64,000 nt of DNA. Source: Pseudobdellovibrionaceae bacterium. GTDB taxonomy: Bacteria > Bdellovibrionota > Bdellovibrionia > Bdellovibrionales > Bdellovibrionaceae. How positions within the stretch are numbered: the first letter of the stretch is position 1; each line of letters begins with the position of its first letter. Below the pieces are notes generated by a model. It ran no database searches. It worked only from the letters and a program-made list of their open reading frames with translations, and had not been told where the DNA came from. Below are positions 21,348-31,273 of the stretch, piece by piece. Position numbers and translations under genes: made by a program. The stretch spans positions 65,720 to 129,719 of the forward strand of contig JBIKLL010000003.1 in the NCBI GenBank assembly GCA_044359815.1, read 5' to 3'.

Positions 21348-23963
21348 ATGCTTCAAAAGTTTTTTATCAGCAATCCATTAGACAAAAAAAATCTGTGGGA
21401 TCAGTTTGATCCTGATCGGCACACATGGGTTGTATCTGACCTGCATTCAAAATTTGAATTGCAAGAAATGCTTTTACAGAAATATCCAGGCATACCTGAT
21501 GACTGCATTTTAAGGGTCAGTGAATTGTGGAATAAATTATTTGCCCGAAGCCAATCTGAATACAGTGTGATTTCAAAAATATTCTTCAACACTCGCTTGC
21601 AGAAATGGCTCAAACACAATCATCCCGAGCTTAGCCCTATAGCTAGCAGAACCATGCTCAGTTTTTTGGAAAGCGCTGGGGCAACTTTGATTCACAAAAC
21701 CCTCAGCGAAACTTTTGAAGAATGGCTTTTGCAAAACCCACAGATCGCCGGAAAATTTTCGCCCTGGCATCAGTTTTCGACTGAATTTTTAAATGAACTG
21801 GTTTCTGAAAAATCAATTCCGCAGTTTTTGGTATCCAGTTATCTGGATCAAATCGATTCTTTTACCCAGCACTGGGACCGAGAGCTTTTTGTGGATGTGG
21901 GGGCTGATTTAAAATGGCAAGAAGCCACGCTGTTTAATAGATTGTCTAAAAAAATCTCGGTGAACGTGATCACTCCAACGCCTATATGGATTAAAAGTTT
22001 TGATTTTTTAACCAAGCCCTATGATCTGTTGCAAGAATCCAAAAAATCCGAACTGCCCACACAGGGTATAGCTAACACCACAAAATGTTTGCGACTGGCT
22101 ACGCCCTTGGCAGAATCCAAATGGGCCGTCATGCAAATCCGCGAATGGTTGGACAGTGGTGTGGATCCCAGACAGATTGCCGTGCATGCCAGTCAAATCG
22201 AGGACTACTGGGTGATGCTGCAGCCATTATTGGAAGCCGAAGGAGTATTGGTATTTAAAAATTGTGTTAGCAAATTCAGCCAATTGCCGGTGTTTCAATC
22301 ATTGCTCGCGGAATTCAGGCTGCATATTAAATCCATAGACTTTGTGACTTTGCAGAATTTTTTGTATTCGGAAACTCCCAAAATCAAAAAGCGTTTTGAA
22401 AATTTCTACGCAGAATTTAAAAATATTTTGGATTTTGAGGATGTTTCAAAGGACAAAGGCCTTACACTGATGTTGTCACAGCTGAATTTTGATCAAAAGA
22501 TTTTAAACACAGACAGTTTTGTTAAATTGCTGGCGGCCTTTTGGGATAAATGCCGTGGGGATGAGGGCCAATTGTTATCTGTAGTCAGATCTTTGCTGAT
22601 CGAGGTTCCCAGGGATTTTGAGGCCTCGTTGGCTGACTGGGTTTATTTGCTGGAAAATCTGGCTGCTAAAATCGAAGTCAAAATCCAATTGGGTGACATC
22701 AACGGAATCAGGCTGACCAATCTGCAATCATCAGATCCAAGCTTTCAATCACATCATATTTTTTTGGGCCTGACCGAGGATCAGCTGAAGGTCAAAAAGG
22801 GTTTTGGGTTTTCGCCATTGGATCTGCAAAAGATCGCTGGTGATTTGGGATTTTATTTTGATCACCCTGATCAAACCAGTGATGAATTTTCGCTGAAATT
22901 TAATTCAGCCGGTGCTGAGATTTGCTATTTTGTATGCGCCGAAAATACAGTCACCGGCGAAGCTTTATCACCGGCTACCGATTGGTTGGATCAATCCAGA
23001 CAAAATCTTGAGACCTCTCCCAAATATTTTCACACCGTTTGGGACAGCAAACAGCAGGAATACCTAAATTTGCAAAGCAGTATTTTAGCTGACGGCGACA
23101 ATTACCAGCTGACCAATCACAACGTTCGCGAAATCAGTGTGTCTGGATTTGAGCGGTATCAGGAGTGTGCTTTTAATTTCAAAGCTGAAAGAATTTTTAA
23201 ATTAAAGGATCTGCCAGAGCAGGATTTAGATACCGATCGCATGACTGAGGGCTCGATCATGCATTCGGTTTTAGAGGAATTGTCCGTTATTGAAGACACT
23301 AAGAATGTTGATAAGATTGTGGAAAACATTGTGAACGAAAAGGTCCCTGCATTTATCGCAGCCCCAATCAGGCATTCATTTATAAAACGAGCTCTATTGG
23401 TGGCCAGTCGGTTTTTGAAATTTCAAGAAAACCTCAGGTCTGTTGCCAGCGATTTTCAGATTATTTCACGCGAACAGAAATTTAAACTGCAGGTGAAATC
23501 CTCTGCCGGTCAGGATTTTACAGTGATCGGCAAGACCGACAGGATCCATGCCTTGGACTCTGATAAAAAAATCACAGTGATTATGGATTACAAATCCAGT
23601 GACCAAGGTTTTAATCTGCTGAAATCGGCCTTGGATAAGGGCCAATGGCAGATGGTGCTTTATTATTTGGGCCTTCAGCAAAATTCTGTGAACCCGACAG
23701 CTTTGCAGTATTATTTTTACCGCTCAGGCGACAGCAAAATTGTTTTTAAACTGAAAGAATTTGTAACCGAAGCTTTGTCATTAAACGCTCAGGCGGCTAT
23801 GTCCCAGGAAGATGCTGATAGCTTTTTTGAAAAGGCCTCGGAAAAACTGGTTCAGGCAGTGGATAAAATCTGTCGGGGAGAGCTACCCACTGAACCTTTA
23901 AACGTAAACCAATGTCCGCAATGTGAATGGAATTATTTATGCCGAGCCCAGCACCTGAATTAA
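21348..23963 (+). CDS. addB: AddB-like subunit (PD-(D/E)XK nuclease with Fe-S staple)
   Basis: ISVSGFERYQEC, GKTDRI, IMDYKSS, C-terminal CPQCEWNYLC; directly upstream of addA. Confidence 0.8.
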   Translation: MLQKFFISNPLDKKNLWDQFDPDRHTWVVSDLHSKFELQEMLLQKYPGIPDDCILRVSELWNKLFARSQSEYSVISKIFFNTRLQKWLKHNHPELSPIASRTMLSFLESAGATLIHKTLSETFEEWLLQNPQIAGKFSPWHQFSTEFLNELVSEKSIPQFLVSSYLDQIDSFTQHWDRELFVDVGADLKWQEATLFNRLSKKISVNVITPTPIWIKSFDFLTKPYDLLQESKKSELPTQGIANTTKCLRLATPLAESKWAVMQIREWLDSGVDPRQIAVHASQIEDYWVMLQPLLEAEGVLVFKNCVSKFSQLPVFQSLLAEFRLHIKSIDFVTLQNFLYSETPKIKKRFENFYAEFKNILDFEDVSKDKGLTLMLSQLNFDQKILNTDSFVKLLAAFWDKCRGDEGQLLSVVRSLLIEVPRDFEASLADWVYLLENLAAKIEVKIQLGDINGIRLTNLQSSDPSFQSHHIFLGLTEDQLKVKKGFGFSPLDLQKIAGDLGFYFDHPDQTSDEFSLKFNSAGAEICYFVCAENTVTGEALSPATDWLDQSRQNLETSPKYFHTVWDSKQQEYLNLQSSILADGDNYQLTNHNVREISVSGFERYQECAFNFKAERIFKLKDLPEQDLDTDRMTEGSIMHSVLEELSVIEDTKNVDKIVENIVNEKVPAFIAAPIRHSFIKRALLVASRFLKFQENLRSVASDFQIISREQKFKLQVKSSAGQDFTVIGKTDRIHALDSDKKITVIMDYKSSDQGFNLLKSALDKGQWQMVLYYLGLQQNSVNPTALQYYFYRSGDSKIVFKLKEFVTEALSLNAQAAMSQEDADSFFEKASEKLVQAVDKICRGELPTEPLNVNQCPQCEWNYLCRAQHLN

Positions 23964-26900
23964 TCAATAAAGCCATCAGAGCTGGCGCCGGTGCTGGTAA
24001 AACCACATCTTTGGTGGCTGAGGTCACCGAAATTTCGCAGCAGTTTTTAAAGCAAAATCAAAAACCCAGATTTATAGTTACGACCTTTACCAAAAAAGCC
24101 AGTCATGAACTGAAGGAAAGACTGCTTAAAAAAGCTTTGGAGCTGCAGGATTCAGATCTGTGCCAGCTCTATAGGTCCAAAACCCATCTGCACATTTCAA
24201 CCATTCACGGAGTGCTGGGAATGTTTTTAACCAAACATGGATCCCAGATTGGTTTGTTGCCTTCGTATCAGATTGTCAGCGAGGAAGCTGATAAAATAAT
24301 CCTTAAAAAAATTGCCAAAAAAAATCTGGCAGATCCTCAGTTCGTAAGCCTGCTGGAAACCTTTAGATTGGGTGATATTTTAGAAATTCTGTATGAATTT
24401 TTGCAAATTGTATTGGAAAACCCCTCAGCCGCCAGTTTTACGACGCAAGATCTGCAAAAAATAGTTAACGATAAAAAACAACAGGCCTTTGGGCGCATGA
24501 AAAGACTGGCTGATGGTATCCTGCAATGCACGGATAAACCTGACTGGAAAAAGGTTTCTGATCTGTTATCCAGCCATGCGGCAAAACAAACCATTCCTAC
24601 CGAGCTAAAATTTCCGCAAAACAGATCGGGTGCCATTGATTCTGATGTTGAGGAACTGCGTGACCAGGTCAAAGAAGACATCGAGCTTTTAAACGGAGTC
24701 GCATTTTCAGAAAAAAGCATTCAGGATCATCAGCAATCCATTTCAAAGTTTGAAGCCCTGGGGTATTTGCTGTTGCCTGAATATTTGAGTCAAAAAATCA
24801 GTCTGGGTCAATTGACCATGAGAAACCTAGAGGGCTTTACCTCGCTGATTTTGGATCGCAGTCCCCAGTCAGCGGCCGAGTTTTCGCAAGACTGGGATTA
24901 TTGGTTTATCGATGAATACCAAGACACCTCGCCTTTGCAGGTCAGATTGATCAAATCATTGATGAACACCAAAAAAGGTTATTTTGTTGGTGATCCTCAA
25001 CAATCGATTTATCTGTTTCGTGGTGCCAAGGTCGAATTGTTTAATCAATTGATTGAGGATTTTAAAAATTCAAATCAGTTTTTGGGAATTTTGGATAAAA
25101 ACTACCGATCAGAGGCAAATGTTTTAAATTTTATCAATCAGATTTCCAGCAAACTGGGATTTGAACCCATGCAGGTGGGCAGTGATCTGAAGCCCTTTAA
25201 TGACAGTGTGATGGTGACCGGTTGTGAGCCTGAACAAGAGCTCAATGCCGTTACTCAAAATATCATTAGACTGCTGAATCAGGGGGTGTCGGCTGCCAAC
25301 ATCACCATTTTGGCAAACAACAATGACAGTCTGCAAACGCTGCACGAGCATTTAAATAAAAATTCAATCCCTGTGTTTTTAAATAGTGCGGGGAAATATT
25401 TTAAAAGACGCGAAATTTTGGACGTGGTTTTGTGTCTGAAAGTTTTAATCAATCCCCACGATAATTTGAGCCTTGTGTCGCTGCTGAGGTCACCGTGGTT
25501 TTATCTGTCAGACGACAATATCCATCAAATCTGCACAGGGGTTGCCGAATCATTCTGGGTTAATGCCACAAATTCCGAAGATCCGTTGATCAAAAAAGTC
25601 GTTTCAGAAATTGTCGGTTTCAAGCAGCTTTGCCAAGAACGCGGGTATTTTCAGGGGCTATTGCAATTGATGAAGCAAAAACAGGTTTTTGAATCCTGTG
25701 CTTATTTTGATTCCAGCGGCAGACGCGAAGCCAATCTGTGGAAGTTTTTATTTTTGCTGAAAGAATTTTCTGACAGACCGGGTGTTTTGATTTTGGAATT
25801 TGTAGAAAAGATTTTATCTGCAGAGGCCTCTGATCCCGAGGTTTCTGAGACTGATGCTATCCCGGCTGTGGCCAATGACCGAGTTCAGATGATGACGGTG
25901 CATGCGTCAAAAGGGTTGCAGTTTGATCATGTGATTTTGTTTCATCTGCACAAAAGGGTTCAGACCGCAGAACGAGATGATTTGTTGTTTGATCGTGATC
26001 TGGAAAAATTCACTATCAATCTGGTGGATTCTGATTCTGGCAAAAAAACAAAATCAGTGGCAGGATTGTTTATCCAAGAAAAAATGTCGCAGGCAAAATT
26101 ACTGGAACACGACAGGCTGTTGTATGTGGCTTTGACCAGGGCCAAGCTGAGTTTGAATTTAGTGTTTTCAAAAATTCAAAGAAAATCCTGGGCTGATTCG
26201 TTGATCAACAAAGTCGGCATTGATTTGTCTGAGGGCATTCACCAACTGGGAAATGTTAAATACAAAAGCCTTAGTTTTTCAGGTGATTCTGGTGATATGA
26301 GTGTGGGTGAATCCGGTGGTGAGGGTGGCGTAGGTGATGTGAGTGATTCTGGTAATTCGGTTAGTGTGATTGATGTTGGTGATTCTGGTAAGTCGGTAGG
26401 TGTCGGTGATACAAGTGATGCTCGTGATTCTGGTAGTGTGGGTGTTAAGCAAGTGCTGATTCATTCAGAAGCTGAAGTTCCGCACCGGACAGTAAAGCCC
26501 ATTCAGGCAATGAAGCACACTCAGTTGATTTCGGTCACAGAATGGCTTGAGTCCCAAGTTTTCTCGCCGAAAACCGATTCGTTAAAAAATCTCGACAAGA
26601 TTGATGATGTGCCGGGGCAATATATTAAAGATTCGAACGCAAACAAAGTTGGACACATAGATGATTCAAAGTTCGTCGCAACATCTCGTGCTTTGAATGA
26701 TAGTCATTCGTCGAGCCTATCCAAAAAACTTAGCTCTGATTCTGTGGCGGGTTTTACCCCGAAGGCTGCTGAGTCAGCCATTCAGCCATCTGGTGGTTTA
26801 AAAAGTATTGAGTTTGCAAAGCTTGGGACTGATATCCATAAAGCCCTCGAGATGGTGAAATACCACAAGGACCATTCAAAAATCTCAAAGTATTCTTTTT

Positions 26901-27208
26901 ACCCATGGCTTAAGGATTTTCAGTCGGGATTGATATTTCATCTGATCCAAACGGGTCATGTTGAATACGGATTTGTGATTCAACAACAAAATCTGCGGAT
27001 CCAGGGGCAAATCGATTTGTGGGGTCGTGATCAAGCCGGCAATGTTTGGATTGTCGATTACAAAACCGGCAGCGCCAGTTATGCTGACAAAGCAATGTTG
27101 CAATTAAAAATGTATCAAACAGCTCTGCAGCAGTTAGGCAAAATCAAACCAACCGACTCGGTCAAATTATTAGCGCTATACCTGACCGAACAAAAAGCCG
27201 TATTTTAG
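23927..27208 (+). CDS. addA: AddA-like UvrD helicase-nuclease
   Basis: AGAGAGKTT Walker A, TFTKKA, IDEYQDTS, VGDPQQSIYLFRGA, MTVHASKGLQF, YVALTRA, GQIDLW...IVDYKTG. Confidence 0.9.
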   Translation: MELFMPSPAPELINKAIRAGAGAGKTTSLVAEVTEISQQFLKQNQKPRFIVTTFTKKASHELKERLLKKALELQDSDLCQLYRSKTHLHISTIHGVLGMFLTKHGSQIGLLPSYQIVSEEADKIILKKIAKKNLADPQFVSLLETFRLGDILEILYEFLQIVLENPSAASFTTQDLQKIVNDKKQQAFGRMKRLADGILQCTDKPDWKKVSDLLSSHAAKQTIPTELKFPQNRSGAIDSDVEELRDQVKEDIELLNGVAFSEKSIQDHQQSISKFEALGYLLLPEYLSQKISLGQLTMRNLEGFTSLILDRSPQSAAEFSQDWDYWFIDEYQDTSPLQVRLIKSLMNTKKGYFVGDPQQSIYLFRGAKVELFNQLIEDFKNSNQFLGILDKNYRSEANVLNFINQISSKLGFEPMQVGSDLKPFNDSVMVTGCEPEQELNAVTQNIIRLLNQGVSAANITILANNNDSLQTLHEHLNKNSIPVFLNSAGKYFKRREILDVVLCLKVLINPHDNLSLVSLLRSPWFYLSDDNIHQICTGVAESFWVNATNSEDPLIKKVVSEIVGFKQLCQERGYFQGLLQLMKQKQVFESCAYFDSSGRREANLWKFLFLLKEFSDRPGVLILEFVEKILSAEASDPEVSETDAIPAVANDRVQMMTVHASKGLQFDHVILFHLHKRVQTAERDDLLFDRDLEKFTINLVDSDSGKKTKSVAGLFIQEKMSQAKLLEHDRLLYVALTRAKLSLNLVFSKIQRKSWADSLINKVGIDLSEGIHQLGNVKYKSLSFSGDSGDMSVGESGGEGGVGDVSDSGNSVSVIDVGDSGKSVGVGDTSDARDSGSVGVKQVLIHSEAEVPHRTVKPIQAMKHTQLISVTEWLESQVFSPKTDSLKNLDKIDDVPGQYIKDSNANKVGHIDDSKFVATSRALNDSHSSSLSKKLSSDSVAGFTPKAAESAIQPSGGLKSIEFAKLGTDIHKALEMVKYHKDHSKISKYSFYPWLKDFQSGLIFHLIQTGHVEYGFVIQQQNLRIQGQIDLWGRDQAGNVWIVDYKTGSASYADKAMLQLKMYQTALQQLGKIKPTDSVKLLALYLTEQKAVF

Positions 27209-27250
27209 ACAGCCACAATAATTTTTAATCACTTCAGCCTTTTATCAAAC

Positions 27251-27280
27251 CTTACACTTACACTTACACTTACAATTACA
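27251..27280 (+). repeat. Hexanucleotide microsatellite (CTTACA)x4 plus one degenerate unit
   Basis: cttacacttacacttacacttacaattaca read directly. Confidence 0.85.
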
Positions 27281-27389
27281 CTCTTGCGCGACCTGATATT
27301 TTAGTTCACTTCAAAATTCTAATTGAAGATCGCTTTACTATTCCATCTGGTTCTAGTTCGAAATACGGTCTCAATTACTTTTCTTGCTC

Positions 27390-27496
27390 CAATTCCAAAT
27401 TCAGATCCAGCCCCAATTCCTTTTCTCGATTCAATTCCAGATTCAGATCCAGCCCCAATTCCTTTTCTCGATCCAATTCAAAATTCAGCCCCAACC
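27390..27496 (+). repeat. 42-bp tandem repeat (two near-perfect units plus a partial)
   Basis: caattccaRattcagatccagccccaattccttttctcgat at 27390 and 27432, partial third unit at 27474. Confidence 0.9.
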
Positions 27497-27620
27497 CCAA
27501 CCCCAATCCCCGCACATTCCCAAGCTCAATCCCCATTCCGTGTCCGGTTTCGAATTAAAAATATTTCAAGTTTTCTTAATACTTTTGATTACTTAAATTC
27601 ATTTAAATATATTGCCCCGT

Positions 27621-28232
27621 ATGAGTTTAAAAAATCATAAAAATAATCAACAACTATCACTGATTCCCCAGCAGGATTTGCGTTTCGTTAAGGCCATGAG
27701 CTTTGGTGGCAGTAAATTAAAAAAACGCAGAAAAATTGCGCGCCCTTTGATCCCAGGTGCCATCCATCATGTGGTTCTTAAATCCAGTAAAGCTGTTGGC
27801 AAGTTTAGCTTTTATCAAAACAAAAACATAACGACAGCCTTATTAAGGGACAGATCTAAAAAATATTTTGTCGAAATCATCCAATGGGTCAATATGGGTA
27901 ATCATTTACATCTGAAAGTCAGATTTAAAAGCCGTCAAAATTTTCAGAATTTTCTCAGAACCTTCACGGCTATTTTGGCTCGCAAAATCACTGGGGCACA
28001 CAGATCAAAATCCTTTGGCAGATTCTGGGACGGATTGGCTTTTACCAGAATTATCACAACCAAGTTTGAAGAATTAGGATTGAAAGCCTATTTTGAAGCC
28101 AATCACCGTCAGCGAGAACTGGGGTACGCAGCCCGAACAGAGTATCTGAAATCCTTTAATCAATTTTTGTATCGGCTAAAATCCAAGCGCGCTCATTCGA
28201 TCAACCTTAGCAAAATTCAAATAAACTGCTGA
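27621..28232 (+). mobile_element. HUH Y1 transposase-like protein (RAYT / TnpA-REP-like)
   Basis: IHHVVLKS, VNMGNHLHL (HUH), GRFWDGLAFTRII, AYFEAN (putative catalytic Tyr); 203 aa, basic; no tnpB and no terminal inverted repeats seen. Confidence 0.7.
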
Positions 28233-28502
28233 GCTACAAAAAAGCCTACATCGAAAACAGGCAATCAAATGCCCGTTCAACAGCAGGCAGCCAAAATTAG
28301 GCTTCCAAAAACTGGAAACCCGCATCCAGGTTTCAACAGCAGGCATATAAAAACCTGCTTCCAAAAACACGCCAGCCTTAAAAGTGGTAACTGTCCATTA
28401 ATAGTGCTTACGCAAGATCCAATCCCTGAAATTTCCTTTTAACAGTTTTTGCGACCCGACCATGGGCCCAGTCACAATTCTGAACACGTTGGAGACCTGG
28501 AC

Positions 28503-28616
28503 TTAAAGACTTTTGAGCAACAAAATGAGTTTTATAACTAGTACAAAAATCACAAGCAGAACTTTAGCAATCTCTAAAACCTTCCGAATTAACAACAGTT
28601 GGTGTTGTTTTTTCAT
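28503..28616 (-). CDS. 37-aa hydrophobic membrane peptide, candidate type I toxin
   Basis: MKKQHQLLLIRKVLEIAKVLLVIFVLVIKLILLLKSL*; strong SD (AAGGAG) upstream; flanked by nested inverted repeats. Confidence 0.65.
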   Translation of the reverse strand: MKKQHQLLLIRKVLEIAKVLLVIFVLVIKLILLLKSL

Positions 28617-29126
28617 TTTTAGGTCTCCTTTCTTTAAAAGGAAGACTCTCGTAAGCGGATCTTGCGTAAGCAAATCCGCTTATTGCATTTTTAGGGCACG
28701 AAATATTTCGCTCAGATTCAAGTTAAATGGATTTTAACAATTGGGATTCGGAAATCTGCGGACTCTAGTCGTCCGTTCGGATCGTGAATGTCAGAAAATA
28801 TTTAAAAAATTCCAAATCCAATCAAAACGGGTAACTGTATACTGCCAGAGTCAGAAAAAACGCAGCCAGTGCAAAATCAACAATAAAAGCGGTAGCCGTT
28901 TGCATAAGCCAAATACTCCTTCCATAGGTGTTTCAAAGCAGAATCCATGCCGCCGTCTTTGGTGTCATTTGGGGGTCAATCCCCAGGATTCTGCCGATTC
29001 CAAGCAATTAAACCCAGGCCCCCACAGAACTGTCAAAAAAATAAATTCAGTATCACTGCCCAAGTCACCTCAATTGCCAGATTCGCCTTTAAAAAACTAG
29101 GACCCTGTGCTAAATCTGCCCCCAAT

Positions 29127-30317
29127 ATGACTAACTCCACAAACGACCAAGCCCAACCAGCCGATAACTCTGCGCTTAATGCTAATACCAGCACTAAATT
29201 AAATTTCTACGGCATCACTCAGACAGAACTGCAAAAATACTTTACCAAAGAAGGCAAAGAAAAATACCGTTCCCAACAGGTCTACAAATGGGTGTACGAA
29301 AGACAAATCACGGATTTTGATCAGATGTCCAATTTGTCTAAAAATTTCCGCGACGAATTTAAATCCAAAATCGAATTTCATTTGCCCCAGGTCGTATCAC
29401 ATTTGATTTCAATCGACGGCACTCAGAAATTTTTATTTAAATTATTAAGCGACGGAGCCTTTGCATCCGAAACCGTCGAAGCCGTCATCATCCCCTCGGG
29501 TGATCGCTTGACCCTTTGTATTTCCAGCGAAGTCGGCTGCAACATGGCCTGCAAATTTTGTTTTACCGGCAAACAAAAACTCAAGCGCAGACTCAAGGCC
29601 CACGAAATCGTCGGGCAATTTATCCAAGTCAAAAATGCTTTACAAAAACAAGGTCCCGATAAACGAATTTCTAATATCGTTTACATGGGGATGGGCGAGC
29701 CCCTGGATAATTCAGACGAGGTTTTTAAATCAGTCGAAATTTTGCATGATCCCTGGGGGATCAATCTGTCCCGCAAAAAAATCACCATCTCGACATCAGG
29801 GATTGTGCCCGAAATGTGGAAGGTTGCTGATCATGGTGTCAGACTGGCAGTCAGCCTGAATGGCTCTAATGACGAGGTCAGATCACAGGTTATGCCGATC
29901 AATAAAAAATATCCGCTCAAGGATCTGTTGGCTGCATGCCAAGAATACGCCGCTGAAACCGGTGAAAAAGTGACCTTTGAATACGTGCTGCTAAAAGGCG
30001 TCACTGATTCCGAAGCTCAGGCCAAGGAACTGTTTAAACTGACTCGCAAAATCCCATGCAAAATTAATTTGATTCCTTTTAATGAACACCCAGGTGCTGA
30101 TTTTCACAGGCCCGAGGATTCAGTGATCGAAAAATTTCAAAAAATTCTGTTTGATTTAGGGGCACATGTTTTGATTCGCAGAACTATGGGCCGAGATATT
30201 TATGCAGCTTGTGGTCAATTAACTTCTGAGTTTGAAAATAAACCGCAAAAGATGGATATTTCAAATTCAAAAATTGGTTCAATTCATAAAAAACCTGGAA
30301 GGGAAATTCATGTCTGA
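29127..30317 (+). CDS. rlmN: Dual-specificity RNA methyltransferase RlmN (radical SAM)
   Basis: CISSEVGCNMACKFC, MGMGEPL, ISTSG, NLIPFN, DIYAACGQL. Confidence 0.95.
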   Translation: MTNSTNDQAQPADNSALNANTSTKLNFYGITQTELQKYFTKEGKEKYRSQQVYKWVYERQITDFDQMSNLSKNFRDEFKSKIEFHLPQVVSHLISIDGTQKFLFKLLSDGAFASETVEAVIIPSGDRLTLCISSEVGCNMACKFCFTGKQKLKRRLKAHEIVGQFIQVKNALQKQGPDKRISNIVYMGMGEPLDNSDEVFKSVEILHDPWGINLSRKKITISTSGIVPEMWKVADHGVRLAVSLNGSNDEVRSQVMPINKKYPLKDLLAACQEYAAETGEKVTFEYVLLKGVTDSEAQAKELFKLTRKIPCKINLIPFNEHPGADFHRPEDSVIEKFQKILFDLGAHVLIRRTMGRDIYAACGQLTSEFENKPQKMDISNSKIGSIHKKPGREIHV

Positions 30318-31218
30318 AATTTTGGTTGTAGGAAGCTTGGCGTATGATTCGATCGAAACTCCATCTGGTAAAGTCGACAGGGCATTAGGCGGCAGTGCCA
30401 ATTATTTTTCGTTAGCGGCATCGATGTTTACAAATGTTCGCTTGGTCGGTGTGGTCGGTGAAGACTATGATCAAAAAGACATTGAATTACTGAAATCCCG
30501 TCAGGTTGACATGAATGGCATGCAGGTTCAAAAGGGCAAAACTTTTCATTGGGAAGGTTCATACACTGGGGATTTAAACGAAGCAGTAACTAAAAAAACC
30601 GAGCTCAATGTTTTTGAAAAATTCAATCCCGAAATCCCTGCCAGTTTCAAAGATTCAAAATTTGTTTTTTTGGCAAATATTTCGCCAGATCTGCAACTAA
30701 AGGTTTTGTCTCAGGTTCAAAAACCATTGTTCACAGGTATGGATACAATGAATTTTTGGATTTCATCAAAGCTCAATGACCTGAAAGCCGTGCTTTCAAA
30801 AGTCGACGTGGTTTTGATCAACGAAGGTGAAGCCATGATGTTGACTGGCGAAGCCAACGCGATTTCTGCGGCACCTAAATTGTGTCAAATGGGTCCCAGG
30901 GCATTGGTGATCAAGCGGGGTGAATACGGTTTTGTGCTTTATCAAAAGGACCAAGGGTTTTGTATTTTGCCAGCGTTTCCCACATCAAAAGTTGTGGATC
31001 CAACAGGTGCCGGTGATACCTTTGCCGGTGGATTTTTTGGTTATCTGTCTAGCCTTAACCGAGTGCCAACTTCGAGCGATTTAAAACAAGCTTGTGTGCA
31101 CGGAACGATTTTGGCCAGCTTTACGATCCAGGACTTTAGTGTGGCGGCATTAGCAAAAGTCACCAAAGATCAGTTTTTAGCCAGACTAAAGGATTACCAA
31201 AAGGTCATCGCGCTTTAA
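30310..31218 (+). CDS. PfkB-family carbohydrate/nucleoside kinase
   Basis: VGSLAYD, LGGSANY, DPTGAGDTFAGG. Confidence 0.9.
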   Translation: MSEILVVGSLAYDSIETPSGKVDRALGGSANYFSLAASMFTNVRLVGVVGEDYDQKDIELLKSRQVDMNGMQVQKGKTFHWEGSYTGDLNEAVTKKTELNVFEKFNPEIPASFKDSKFVFLANISPDLQLKVLSQVQKPLFTGMDTMNFWISSKLNDLKAVLSKVDVVLINEGEAMMLTGEANAISAAPKLCQMGPRALVIKRGEYGFVLYQKDQGFCILPAFPTSKVVDPTGAGDTFAGGFFGYLSSLNRVPTSSDLKQACVHGTILASFTIQDFSVAALAKVTKDQFLARLKDYQKVIAL

Positions 31219-31273
31219 AAATTTCTGATTTCCGTATTGTTTTCAAGATCCTAAGCCGATCAGTACATTGGGT

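Noticed and set aside
21348..27208. Helicase-nuclease pair as an anti-phage defence system
   Set aside because: Order, size and Fe-S staple motif fit ordinary AddAB.
27323..27640. ORFs 27323-27640 and 27384-27596 (PIP/QFQIQ repeats)
   Set aside because: Open frames produced by stop-free tandem repeats; no SD and no protein-like features.
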